Below are positions 48,632 through 58,375 of a stretch of 64,000 nucleotides of DNA, piece after piece. The notes beneath the pieces were generated by a model that saw nothing but the letters and a program-made list of their open reading frames with translations, had not been told where the DNA came from and ran no database searches. The translations under genes were made by a program, and so were the position numbers. Location: positions 1 to 64,000 of the IMG/VR virus record IMGVR_UViG_3300034095_001503, one strand, 5' to 3'. Source of the stretch: a virus. Within the stretch, counting starts at the first letter, position 1, and the number at the start of each line of letters is the position of its first letter.

Positions 48632-49780
48632 ATGGAAGAAAAACAAAAACAAATCGCAGAACAAATTACTCAAGTAAATGAAGTTCTAGCAAAATTGGAA
48701 TCAAAAGATTTCAACCTATACTTTTTCACGTTAGATACAAAAGGTAACCCAACAGCTGGTATTGCAAATATTTACGAGCATGTTAAAATTTTAAATAGTT
48801 TAGGTTACAAAGCAAGTATTCTTCATGAAAAAAATGATTATAAATTAAGAGGTGACCAAGAAGGAAACGGTATTGCTGATTGGTTAGGTGAAGAATATGC
48901 TTCATTACCACACACTTCAATCGAAGGACAACAATTAAACGTTAGCCCAGCTGATTTTATCATTATCCCAGAAATTTTTGCTAACATTATGGACCAAGTA
49001 AAAGGTTTCCCATGCAAAAAAATAGTTTTCTCACAAAGTTATGATTACTTATTAGAATTGTTACAAATAGGAAAAAGATGGAATGTTGATTATGGATTTA
49101 CAGATGTTATTACAACAACTGAAAGACAATCAAATTATTTGAAAACATTATTCCCATCAATAAAAACTCACATTGTACCAGTTGCAATCGCACCTTATTT
49201 TAAAGATAGTGATAAACCAAAAATTCCAGTTGTTTCTATATTGACTAGAAATCAAGGTGATGCTGCTAAAATTGCAAAATCATTCTATTTACAATACCCA
49301 GTTTACAAATGGATTACCTTCAAAGAATTGAGAGGTTTACCTAAAGAACAATTTGCTAGCGAATTAGCTAAATCTTGTTTAGCTGTTTGGGTTGATGACC
49401 AATCATCTTTCGGTACATTCCCATTAGAAGCTATTGAATCTAACACGCCAGTAATTGGTAAAATACCTAACATGATTCCAGAATGGATGGAAAGTGTTGA
49501 TGAACAAGGTAATGTTACTATCAAACAAAATGGTATTTGGACAAATACTACATTGAATATTCCAGAATTAATCGCAACTTATTTAAAAGTTTGGTTAGAA
49601 GATTCTGTACCATCTGATTTAATCGAAGGTATCAATGAATCTAAAGGATTATACACTTCAGAAAACCAAATTTCTGTTGCAACTAACGTATATTCAACTT
49701 TAGTTGAAAATAGACTTTCTGAATTAAAAATAACTTTAGAAGCATTAGAAGATGCTCAAAAAGAAACAACTAACGCTTAA
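48632..49780 (+). CDS. Glycosyltransferase (GT-B-like)
   Basis: GIANIYEH, IIIPE, SSFGTFPLEAIESNTPVIG. Confidence 0.75.
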   Translation: MEEKQKQIAEQITQVNEVLAKLESKDFNLYFFTLDTKGNPTAGIANIYEHVKILNSLGYKASILHEKNDYKLRGDQEGNGIADWLGEEYASLPHTSIEGQQLNVSPADFIIIPEIFANIMDQVKGFPCKKIVFSQSYDYLLELLQIGKRWNVDYGFTDVITTTERQSNYLKTLFPSIKTHIVPVAIAPYFKDSDKPKIPVVSILTRNQGDAAKIAKSFYLQYPVYKWITFKELRGLPKEQFASELAKSCLAVWVDDQSSFGTFPLEAIESNTPVIGKIPNMIPEWMESVDEQGNVTIKQNGIWTNTTLNIPELIATYLKVWLEDSVPSDLIEGINESKGLYTSENQISVATNVYSTLVENRLSELKITLEALEDAQKETTNA

Positions 49781-49793
49781 TAAAAATACGAAT

Positions 49794-50588
49794 ATGAAAA
49801 ATACAAATATTTCAGTTATCCTTCCAGTTCATGAATTGAACGAAGAAACAACAATTTTATTTACAAACGCAGTACAAAGCGTTATCGACCAGTCAATTAG
49901 ACCAGAACAATTAATTATCGTAGTACCAAAAGGTAGTGCAGTAGTTAATATTGTTAAAACTGTTGATTATGGTGATTATAAAGATTCAGTAGTAATTGCT
50001 GAAAATGATGGTGAAACTGATTTTGCATCACAAATTAATTATGGTGTATCAGTTTCAACGACAGAATGGTTTTCAATCTTAGAATTAGATGATGAATATG
50101 CTAAAATATGGTTTAAAAATGTTGTAGAATATAGAGAAAAACATACAAATGTAGATATCTTTATGCCTATAATCATTGATGTAGATAATTCTGGTCAATT
50201 TATTGGATTTACTAACGAAGCTGTTTGGGCTCAAAGTTTCTCTGATGAATTAGGTGTATTGGATAACAATGCATTGTTGGCTTATCAAAATTTCAACATC
50301 GATGGTATAGTAATAAGAAAATCAATCTATAATGATTTTGGTGGGTTTAAACCTAGTATCAAATTAACTTTTATTTATGAATTCTTATTACGTATGACGT
50401 TTAAAGATGCTAGAGTTTTTGTTATACCTAGATTTGGTTATAAACACGTAAATCAAAGACCAGGCTCGTTATTCTCTTCTTATAAAGAAACATTAGACCC
50501 AGCAGAAGCTAGATGGTGGTTAGCAACAGCTAAAAAAGAATATTATTTTCCAACAGATAGAAAAATAACATACGCTGTAGAAAAATAA
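49794..50588 (+). CDS. Glycosyltransferase family 2-like
   Basis: ISVILPVH, QINYG, ILELDDE, YEFLLR; start set at ATG 49794. Confidence 0.8.
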   Translation: MKNTNISVILPVHELNEETTILFTNAVQSVIDQSIRPEQLIIVVPKGSAVVNIVKTVDYGDYKDSVVIAENDGETDFASQINYGVSVSTTEWFSILELDDEYAKIWFKNVVEYREKHTNVDIFMPIIIDVDNSGQFIGFTNEAVWAQSFSDELGVLDNNALLAYQNFNIDGIVIRKSIYNDFGGFKPSIKLTFIYEFLLRMTFKDARVFVIPRFGYKHVNQRPGSLFSSYKETLDPAEARWWLATAKKEYYFPTDRKITYAVEK

Positions 50589-50591
50589 TAA

Positions 50592-51320
50592 ATGGTAACT
50601 AAACGAGGACGCAAAAGAAAAAACGACATGTATTTTGGTCCAGAAGAAGAAGAAGCCGTTATTAATTTTTTAGAATCAGAAAACGAAATAGAAAGGAATC
50701 TTATTTTTAACGAGTGGTTAAAAGCACCACTCGATAAAATGATAGAATCGATAATTAGAAGGTATAAGTTATATCGCAAAGGTGAAACCTTTGAAGAACT
50801 GCATGGTGATACTGTGTCATTTCTTATGACAAAAGTACATAAATTCGAAGGAGCTAGAGGTAAAAAAGCCTATTCATATTTTGGAACAATTGCCAAGAAT
50901 TATATTCTTGGGTTGCTTATAAAAGATGAGAAACACATGAAACAGACAACTTCATATGAAGATTTGTCTGATAGATTAGAAGAACGTGAAGATTTAACTT
51001 ATGTTATTGACAACGACCACTTTTCAATGGATGAATTTATAAAAAAATTAGCCAATGGTATTAGAGAAGAATTAAACGATGAAACCCTACCACCAAAGAA
51101 AAAGTTAAACGATAATGAGAGAAAAGTTGGATACGCTCTGATTGAAATTTTAGAGAATTGGGAAACAGCATTTGAATCAATGAATGGTGGTGCTAAATAC
51201 AATAAAAATTCAGTGCTAGAAACCATGAGAAACTATACCAACCTTTCAACGAAAGATATTAGGTTGGCAATGAAGAGATATAAAGAACTTTATGAACTTC
51301 TAAAACACCATGGTTTGTAG
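50592..51320 (+). CDS. Phage sigma-factor-like protein (sigma70 region 2; candidate late sigma)
   Basis: YF..EEE.A...RNLIF...KFEGARGKKAYSYFGTIAKNYIL resembles region 2 of T4 gp55-type sigma factors. Confidence 0.65.
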   Translation: MVTKRGRKRKNDMYFGPEEEEAVINFLESENEIERNLIFNEWLKAPLDKMIESIIRRYKLYRKGETFEELHGDTVSFLMTKVHKFEGARGKKAYSYFGTIAKNYILGLLIKDEKHMKQTTSYEDLSDRLEEREDLTYVIDNDHFSMDEFIKKLANGIREELNDETLPPKKKLNDNERKVGYALIEILENWETAFESMNGGAKYNKNSVLETMRNYTNLSTKDIRLAMKRYKELYELLKHHGL

Positions 51321-51372
51321 AAAAATTACAATAAAACCGCTTTATTAGGTATTTATAGTAAAACTAAAAAAC

Positions 51373-51765
51373 ATGCCAAGAAAAAAGAAACAAGACGTAA
51401 AAGTAAACAATACAGAATCATTAGAAGGTCTTATGCAAGAAACCTATAACGATGCGTGTTTACAAATAACTGATGCTCAGAAGACAATTAACGAATTAGC
51501 TTCTAGTGCAACACCAGTTGATATTGATGATTTAACTAAAATTGCCAAAGAAAAAGGTGGTTTATTAAAAATTAAAGATTCAGCAATTAGAATCAAATTA
51601 GAGTTAGCTAAATTACAAAGTGATATAATTAAGAATCGTGGAGACGTTGAATCGACAATCACAGAAAGAAGTCATGGTGCTGCATCTTTAACTGATTTTA
51701 AATCAATTAGAGAAATGTTAAAAAATGATAAAAAAGATAACGATTTAGATAACGAAATTGAGTAA
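51373..51765 (+). CDS. Hypothetical helical protein (late)
   Basis: GTATTTATA promoter at 51349. Confidence 0.55.
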   Translation: MPRKKKQDVKVNNTESLEGLMQETYNDACLQITDAQKTINELASSATPVDIDDLTKIAKEKGGLLKIKDSAIRIKLELAKLQSDIIKNRGDVESTITERSHGAASLTDFKSIREMLKNDKKDNDLDNEIE

Positions 51766-51767
51766 CT

Positions 51768-53216
51768 ATGTCAGTAGTAGACAAAAAACAAAAAATTTTT
51801 GGAAATATAGCAGCAGCTAGAACCATAACTGAAGGAATGCCTAAGTTCAAAAAAAACTCGTCATTTCCTTCAATTAATAATAAAGGTAATTCCATAACTT
51901 TTTTAACCGATTTAATTAAAGCACTTATTGGATATATTGCTTTGGTTAAAGCAATTGTCGATATATTAACACATCAATTAGCGAAGATTGAAAAAGATAT
52001 TAAAAAAGCTTTAAAAACAGAACTAAAAGCCATTGTTAGTTGTGGTGTTGACCCTAGTTTACCTAGTTTTATCAAATCAACTGGTACTGGTATTGTTATT
52101 GAAGTTAAAAAAGTAGATTTTTTACAATTATTTAAAATTGATGCTAAAACAAAAGTTGGTGCATTATTATATAATGATGTCACTCCAGTTCTGACCGACT
52201 CAACAGATTTAAATACATTCTTATATGGTGTAATACAAGATGACGGTGTAATGCACACATGGAAAGATAAAAATGGAAACGGGTTGTTTGATATAACTTT
52301 CAAATCAACTGGAACTGCTGGTATTCCAAATAATACTTTTACAATAAAAGCAAATTCAAGTTACAACACGAAAACACTTAACGATTTAAATAATAATTTT
52401 GTCGATTCATTAACTTTATTCAATTCAGAAAACATTGTTAGTAGAATAATAGATATTATCTTTGGTTCTATTTCATTTACAGTAAAGAAACCTAGATTCC
52501 ATTTAGAAATGGAAGAAAAGATAAATAAAATTGTCGATAAAATGGTTGATGAAGATGCTAACGCTAAAGAAAGTGATTCTGGCGATGATGATACCTTTTT
52601 TACTTTTAATAATGATGAATTATCTGTTATTGAAAGTCGTTCTGATGAACGACAAAGAGGTGTTATAAAAATAAAAACATCAACTGAAATAGATGGTGTT
52701 GTTCCAGTAGAAACACTTACAGCGTTCACTCAATCAATGTCAGTTGCATCAACAACAGAACAGAAAAAAGCAGCGTTATCGAATAGTTTAGACCAAATGG
52801 CTAATGAAAGTGCTAGGGATGTTAAATTAATCAAGGATAAGGGTTCTGTTAAATTAAATTTTATACAATTACTTATAACCAATTTAATAAAAGCCATTGT
52901 TGGTATTGTTTTGTCACCTAAAATAGTTATGATATTTTTAATAAATTATAAAATAATTTATGGACCAACAGCAACTTATGGTGACGCAATTGATTTCATA
53001 AAAAAGAATAAAAAACTTTTCAAACAAATAATGAAAAGAATTGCTGGTATGATAATTAAAATTTTATTAGCAATTGCTTTACAAAAAATAGCAAAATTAG
53101 TTGGTGATGCTATGATTGAAAAAAATATTGAAAAAAATAAAAATAAAAAGACTCAATTATTAAGTCTTGTTGGTGTACCACAAGAAGCTTTGAGAGCAAT
53201 TAAAGGATTAATGTAA
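51768..53216 (+). CDS. Hypothetical protein in the baseplate operon
   Basis: Long ORF with amphipathic/hydrophobic helices, upstream of the gp5-like gene. Confidence 0.55.
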   Translation: MSVVDKKQKIFGNIAAARTITEGMPKFKKNSSFPSINNKGNSITFLTDLIKALIGYIALVKAIVDILTHQLAKIEKDIKKALKTELKAIVSCGVDPSLPSFIKSTGTGIVIEVKKVDFLQLFKIDAKTKVGALLYNDVTPVLTDSTDLNTFLYGVIQDDGVMHTWKDKNGNGLFDITFKSTGTAGIPNNTFTIKANSSYNTKTLNDLNNNFVDSLTLFNSENIVSRIIDIIFGSISFTVKKPRFHLEMEEKINKIVDKMVDEDANAKESDSGDDDTFFTFNNDELSVIESRSDERQRGVIKIKTSTEIDGVVPVETLTAFTQSMSVASTTEQKKAALSNSLDQMANESARDVKLIKDKGSVKLNFIQLLITNLIKAIVGIVLSPKIVMIFLINYKIIYGPTATYGDAIDFIKKNKKLFKQIMKRIAGMIIKILLAIALQKIAKLVGDAMIEKNIEKNKNKKTQLLSLVGVPQEALRAIKGLM

Positions 53217-53617
53217 TGTTTGATATTAGTAATATTAGTGGTGTACTAAATGTGATTTTAGCTGCATTCACAATTCCAGAAGAACCAATAGCGTCACTCC
53301 CACCACCATTGATTATTGTAGGTGCTAAGTTAAGACCAGGTGTATCAGCAAAATCAATTGCTTCTAAAATTATATCTAGACAATCACAGTCTGGTAGACA
53401 AGTTGGTGATGTATTTGCTGATGGTCCTAATAATGAAGAAGCAATGGAATTAATTAGAATTGAAGAAATAATAAATGCGTTATTAAATGAAAGTGTTATT
53501 AATGTTGCGATTCCACCTGGAATTTCTGTTACGGTAACTGGCGGTAACGCTGGTGGTCCATTCATTGCTCAAGGGTTCACAACAACAATAGCAACTGGTA
53601 ACGGTATACATAGATAA
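53216..53617 (+). CDS. Hypothetical baseplate/spike-associated protein
   Basis: C-terminal IPPGISVTVTGGNAGGP...G beta-rich tip. Confidence 0.45.
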   Translation: MFDISNISGVLNVILAAFTIPEEPIASLPPPLIIVGAKLRPGVSAKSIASKIISRQSQSGRQVGDVFADGPNNEEAMELIRIEEIINALLNESVINVAIPPGISVTVTGGNAGGPFIAQGFTTTIATGNGIHR

Positions 53618-53628
53618 ATTTTGTTATT

Positions 53629-53820
53629 ATGATAGAAGAAAAAAAAGATGATTTAGAATCAAAATCAAGCAATGAAATTTTGTTTGAAATAAAACAAATG
53701 GAAGCTGACCATGAAGCAATAAAATTAAGAATGGTACAAGATTATGATAGATTAGTTGAAATAGAAAATAAATTTGAAAAAGCTAATCAAATAATATTAA
53801 AAAGATTAAAAGGTGTGTAA
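53629..53820 (+). CDS. Small coiled-coil protein
   Basis: 63-aa ORF in operon. Confidence 0.55.
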   Translation: MIEEKKDDLESKSSNEILFEIKQMEADHEAIKLRMVQDYDRLVEIENKFEKANQIILKRLKGV

Positions 53821-54810
53821 ATGAGCAACGATGGTACAAGTAGTTGGTTCTTGGGTCCTTATCCAAGTAAACAAGACAATTTTAGATATTTAAAATATGG
53901 TGTTGTTGATTCTATAGAAGATGAATTTGGAATGGGTAGAATCAAAGTTAGGGTTAATGGTAACCACGCTGTTGGTGGTGACGGTGATACATTAACTAAA
54001 GATTTACCATGGGCGTTTCCATTGTTACCTAAACATTTATCAACTATACCAAAAGTTGGTGAAGTTGTGTGGATTTTTATTTTAGGTAAAAAATCACAAC
54101 ATGCTGATAGACTTTATATTGGACCAATTACGTCTCAATTAGATAAACTTAATGAAGATAGATTTTCTGCGTTAACACCTTTAAGACCATTTACATTTGG
54201 TCAATTAACTCCAGGTGCCTCAGTATTGACTGATGAGACAACAAACAAAATAATACCAGAATTAATAGGTGTCTTCCCAAAAGCAGATGAAATATCAATA
54301 CAAGGTAGATACAATACTGATATCACTCAAAAAAAGAATGAAATTGTAATTAGAGCTGGTAAATTTGAAGCTTCAGAAAGTAATGTTTATAAAATAGCAT
54401 TCAACAGTAAAACACAAGGGTTTATTCAAATTAAAAATGATGTTTCATATCCATCAACAAATAATTCTGAAAGTATTGAAAAAGGAAGTGTTACTAATAT
54501 CGTTGCTAATAAAATAAATTTATTAACACATAGAGATGGTACACCAACAATCAATATAAATAATAATGATTTAATCAGCAATGATGAATTAAAAATGATT
54601 TTAATGGATGCTCATCAATTACCATTTGGTGATATCTTATTAGAATATTTACGTTTATTGAAAGAAGCTATATTTTCACACGTACATAATGGTAACGGAA
54701 ACCCAGCAACTGATTTAACGGCAACTGACTGTGCAGCAGTAGCAGCACTTAAATCACAAGCAGATGATTTAGAAAAAAGAATGTTATCTAAAAACATTCG
54801 TATTAATTAA
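53821..54810 (+). CDS. Baseplate hub/spike protein (gp5/Vgr N-terminal OB-fold)
   Basis: GVV.SIED...GRIKVRV...LPWAFP...PKVGEVVWI...YIG; C-terminal HVH metal-binding tip motif. Confidence 0.75.
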   Translation: MSNDGTSSWFLGPYPSKQDNFRYLKYGVVDSIEDEFGMGRIKVRVNGNHAVGGDGDTLTKDLPWAFPLLPKHLSTIPKVGEVVWIFILGKKSQHADRLYIGPITSQLDKLNEDRFSALTPLRPFTFGQLTPGASVLTDETTNKIIPELIGVFPKADEISIQGRYNTDITQKKNEIVIRAGKFEASESNVYKIAFNSKTQGFIQIKNDVSYPSTNNSESIEKGSVTNIVANKINLLTHRDGTPTININNNDLISNDELKMILMDAHQLPFGDILLEYLRLLKEAIFSHVHNGNGNPATDLTATDCAAVAALKSQADDLEKRMLSKNIRIN

Positions 54811-54841
54811 TCTTTTTAGATATTTATTATAAAAAGATACA

Positions 54842-56248
54842 ATGGTAATACGAACATATTTCGATAAGAACAATACTATTGTTTACAATTTAAATGTAAA
54901 CACTGGATTAAACCCAATAACTCAATTATTCTATGGTGGACCAGTTGGTAACCAAACTTATAGTAGATTTTTATTTCATTTCGATGAAAATAGAATTAAA
55001 TCGCTATATACTGGTGGTACATTCACCGATTTATCTAAACTTAAACATACACTTAGAATGACCAACACTGGTGCTTTTGATAAAGAATTATTAAACACTA
55101 GTGTGGGTGGTAAAGTTAGAACAACTTCTTTTAATTTAATTGCATTCAAAATAGAACAACCATGGGATAATGGAGTTGGTTATGATTATGAAGTTCCAAT
55201 TCTAACATTTGGTGACCCAGCTTATTTTGTTGGTCCATCAAACTGGGTTAGAGCTCAAACTGGAATTGACTGGTCTGGTGGGTCTGGCGTTTATTCTGGG
55301 TCACCAAGTGCGATAACCGTAACATATCAACATTTTAATAAAGGTAATGAAAATATAGAAATGGATGTTACCAATTATATTAATGGTGTTTTAACTGGTA
55401 ATACAAATTATGGATTAGGAATTGCTTATGATAGAAGTTATGAATTATTAAATACTACAGTACCACAATATGTTGGTTTCTTCACAAACAATACACAAAC
55501 ATTCTACGAACCTTATATTGAAACGGTTTATGATAACCATATAAAAGATGATAGAAATAATTTTTATTTAGATAAAAATAATAAACTATATCTTTATGTA
55601 AATGTTGGTGGAAACCCAACAAATTTAGATGTTATACCAACAGTAGAAGTATATAATAACAACGATGTATTATTTTCTTCATATACCCAATCACAAGTAA
55701 CTCACGTAACAAAAGGTGTTTATTCAATAGATATTATTGTTCCATCAAATGGTTCAAATGATTGCGTTATGTATAATGATATTTGGTCTGGAATAACTAT
55801 AAATGGTGTTTCTAGACCAAATATTTCTTTGGATTTTGCAATGAAAGATTCTATGGAATATTATAACATTGGAACATCGGATAATTTACCTAAGAAAACA
55901 GCGGTTAGTATTTCTGGTATTCAAAACAACGAAAGAATAAAACGTGGTGATGTTAGAAAAGTAATTGTTTCTGCTAGAATACCTTATACTATTGAACAAA
56001 CACAACTTATTGATGATATAAAATATAGATTATACGTTACTGAAGGTAAACCAGAATTAACTGTAATTGATTACCAACCAGTTGAAATGGCTAACAATCA
56101 TTATTATTTCTTATTGGATACTGCTAGTCTTATCCCAAATACATATTATTTAGATGTTCTAGTTACCTCTAATTTAGAGGTGACAACATTAAAAGGTGTG
56201 TTGCAATTTGATATTGTAAACCAAGTAGATTTAAGAAGAGGACAGTAA
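54842..56248 (+). CDS. Virion structural protein (DNRLRE-like beta domain)
   Basis: SRFLFHFD, W..G.G, MDVTNYI...NYGL, FFT.NT.TFYEPYIE; late promoter at 54820. Confidence 0.55.
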   Translation: MVIRTYFDKNNTIVYNLNVNTGLNPITQLFYGGPVGNQTYSRFLFHFDENRIKSLYTGGTFTDLSKLKHTLRMTNTGAFDKELLNTSVGGKVRTTSFNLIAFKIEQPWDNGVGYDYEVPILTFGDPAYFVGPSNWVRAQTGIDWSGGSGVYSGSPSAITVTYQHFNKGNENIEMDVTNYINGVLTGNTNYGLGIAYDRSYELLNTTVPQYVGFFTNNTQTFYEPYIETVYDNHIKDDRNNFYLDKNNKLYLYVNVGGNPTNLDVIPTVEVYNNNDVLFSSYTQSQVTHVTKGVYSIDIIVPSNGSNDCVMYNDIWSGITINGVSRPNISLDFAMKDSMEYYNIGTSDNLPKKTAVSISGIQNNERIKRGDVRKVIVSARIPYTIEQTQLIDDIKYRLYVTEGKPELTVIDYQPVEMANNHYYFLLDTASLIPNTYYLDVLVTSNLEVTTLKGVLQFDIVNQVDLRRGQ

Positions 56249-56249
56249 T

Positions 56250-56600
56250 ATGAAAAGTTTTATAAAAAAAAGAATTAGAGAAGAAATGATTGATGGTCAG
56301 AACATGTCACCAATTATGCAAACATTTTGTAATCAAATGAGTATACCAAAAGAATGGTTTAATGCTGATTATGAACGTATAATTGAATTAGTGAGTAGTA
56401 TGATTGGACCTAAAGATGGTAAAAATGCTGCAATTTGGGAAAAGATTCATTTACCATTAAAACAATGGAAACAACAAGAAACTAGTATCAACAAACAAGT
56501 TAAACAAGGAAAAATGTCTGGTAGTTCAAATCCAGACAATAATACTTATTGGACAGAAATCCAAACAACAATTTGTGAACAAGGTTCAGATTTTGAATAA
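56250..56600 (+). CDS. Hypothetical, putative head-internal protein
   Basis: N-terminal MKSFIKKRIREE propeptide-like segment. Confidence 0.5.
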   Translation: MKSFIKKRIREEMIDGQNMSPIMQTFCNQMSIPKEWFNADYERIIELVSSMIGPKDGKNAAIWEKIHLPLKQWKQQETSINKQVKQGKMSGSSNPDNNTYWTEIQTTICEQGSDFE

Positions 56601-56606
56601 AAAGAC

Positions 56607-56638
56607 TTGACAATTTTTTTTATTGTCATATATTTATA
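56607..56638 (+). promoter_or_regulatory. Overlapping promoters with an operator-like palindrome
   Basis: TTGACA at 56607, TGACAAT-N7-ATTGTCA (56608-56628), TATATTTA (56629-36) and late ATATTTATA (56630-38). Confidence 0.55.
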
Positions 56639-56640
56639 AA

Positions 56641-56712
56641 TGTGTTAACTCACGTATTGGTCTCGACCCTTAAAATGGTTTAGAGTTGTCAAGGCAACAA
56701 AGATATCAGTAC
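56641..56712 (+). ncRNA. Candidate structured 5' leader (three-way junction)
   Basis: GTATTGGT(56654-61) pairs with ATCAGTAC(56705-12), enclosing hairpins CTCGACC-N8-GGTTTAGAG and GTTGT-CAAG-GCAAC; folded by eye only. Confidence 0.4.
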
Positions 56713-56742
56713 AATAATAACAAAAATTAAAAGTTAATTAAA

Positions 56743-57642
56743 ATGTACAAAAAAAACTATGAGGCACCAACTGTGCCTACAGCTATGATTGCTGTGAACA
56801 AATCAAGACTTAAAGTCTACAACAATACGGGCGATATGCCAACGTATTATCTACAATCTGGAACTGAGTTCCAAATCGAATTATTCAACCCAACAACGGA
56901 CGTTATTTTGGCTAAAATCATACTTAACGGTAATCCTATTTCACAAGGTGGTTTGGTATTGAACCCTGGCCAGAGAGTTTTCTTGGATAGATACTTAGAT
57001 GTTGCTAAAAAATTCTTATTCGATACCTATGAAGTATCTAACACTGAAGAAGTTAAAAAAGCCATCGAAAAGAATGGTGATTTCAAAGTAGAATTCTACA
57101 GAGAAAGAATCGAACCTAAATTCAACCCAAATTACGGTAGTCTAACAATAAATAGCTGTAATTCTAGAGGTTTTAGTGGAAACTTAAACAACACAATTGG
57201 TGGTTACGCTTCAAATAACGGTAATGCTGTTAATCTTTCAAACACATCTGGTCATCTTGGGACTACTGCATTATATAGTTCTCCTATATCCAATACTTTC
57301 TTTGACCAAAACGCTAACAGAAGTATTCCAACACTAGATTCAATGGAAGATACTTTATCGTTGGATATACCAAATGTAACTAGAAGGTTTTCACAAAAGA
57401 AGCTTTCTAAGAGCATAGAAACTGGTAGAGTAGAGCAAGGTTCAGTTTCTGACCAAAAGGTTGTTACAGTGGATAAAAAGTTTGAATATTGGGCTTTCCA
57501 TACAATTGAATGCAAGATGCTACCAGTATCACAAAAAATAAATACAGTTGAAGATATACATGTAAAAGTATATTGCACCAACTGTGGTTCTAAATTAAGT
57601 AAAGGTCACAAATTCTGTGGTCACTGCGGAACAAAAGCATAA
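56743..57642 (+). CDS. Conserved phage hypothetical protein with C-terminal zinc ribbon
   Basis: Beta-rich N-domain (EFQIELFN...GQRVFLDRY...KFLF...NGDFKVEFYRE), low-complexity linker, ETGRVEQGS, CTNCG...CGHCG. Confidence 0.75.
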   Translation: MYKKNYEAPTVPTAMIAVNKSRLKVYNNTGDMPTYYLQSGTEFQIELFNPTTDVILAKIILNGNPISQGGLVLNPGQRVFLDRYLDVAKKFLFDTYEVSNTEEVKKAIEKNGDFKVEFYRERIEPKFNPNYGSLTINSCNSRGFSGNLNNTIGGYASNNGNAVNLSNTSGHLGTTALYSSPISNTFFDQNANRSIPTLDSMEDTLSLDIPNVTRRFSQKKLSKSIETGRVEQGSVSDQKVVTVDKKFEYWAFHTIECKMLPVSQKINTVEDIHVKVYCTNCGSKLSKGHKFCGHCGTKA

Positions 57643-57670
57643 AATAAAATTAACGAGTTAACACACAATA

Positions 57671-57701
57671 AAAAAGCCTAGAATGTTCTAGGCTTTTTTT
57701 T
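57671..57701. terminator. Bidirectional intrinsic terminator
   Basis: AAAAAGCCTAGAA-TG-TTCTAGGCTTTTTTT. Confidence 0.85.
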
Positions 57702-58362
57702 ATTTTATTAATATTGGCATTTTATTCTTTATAAATATTTTATTCAAATCTGTTATCGTTGTTTTTGTTATTACACAATCTTTTTTACCATCTGCGTTAA
57801 CACCTAACCAAACATAGGTTATTTTATTAATAACCAATATTTTATAATAATGTGTTGGTATTTTTATTGTTGAATTAGGTAAGTATTTTTTATTCTTTTC
57901 ATCGTAGATAACACCAGTAATTATAATAGCATCTTTTTTATATTTGGCTATTGAATCCTCAACACCCATCTCTAATTCTTTCCATGGATGTTCGTTAAAA
58001 TAAGCATATTGTGGTGCTTCATTTAACATACTAAATGAATAACGATTTATTAAACTATCATACGATGTAATGCTAGATGGTGTTAAATGTCCCATATCAA
58101 AACCAGTTTTAGAAAATCTACTTTGGATATATTTTCCTTTATAAGCTTCTTGGAACCAACAATTACATCTATCATATGTACCTTTATTTTTAAAGTTTTT
58201 ATATGTTATAACATGTTTAGAAGCTAATGTTGTTGTATCATTATCTAAATATAAAGTTATATCACCATGAGGTATTGTTAGTGTATTATTTATTATTACA
58301 TTTGTTTGGGAATAAGTTCCAAAAGTAATTAGTAGTGTTAGTAAAATTAAAATATGTTTCAT
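57700..58362 (-). CDS. DNA/RNA non-specific endonuclease (NucA-like) with signal peptide
   Basis: GFDMGHL.P, SMLNEAPQ...FN...W..LE, ITG, IPTHYYK; hydrophobic N-terminus MKHILILLTLLITFGTYSQ. Confidence 0.85.
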   Translation of the reverse strand: MKHILILLTLLITFGTYSQTNVIINNTLTIPHGDITLYLDNDTTTLASKHVITYKNFKNKGTYDRCNCWFQEAYKGKYIQSRFSKTGFDMGHLTPSSITSYDSLINRYSFSMLNEAPQYAYFNEHPWKELEMGVEDSIAKYKKDAIIITGVIYDEKNKKYLPNSTIKIPTHYYKILVINKITYVWLGVNADGKKDCVITKTTITDLNKIFIKNKMPILIK

Positions 58363-58375
58363 ATAGATAAATATC

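Noticed and set aside
56641-57665. Retron or IS element, suggested by the flanking inverted repeats
   Set aside because: The enclosed ORF has no RT (YxDD) or transposase (DDE/HUH) motifs and no target-site duplication is evident; kept as an unexplained finding instead
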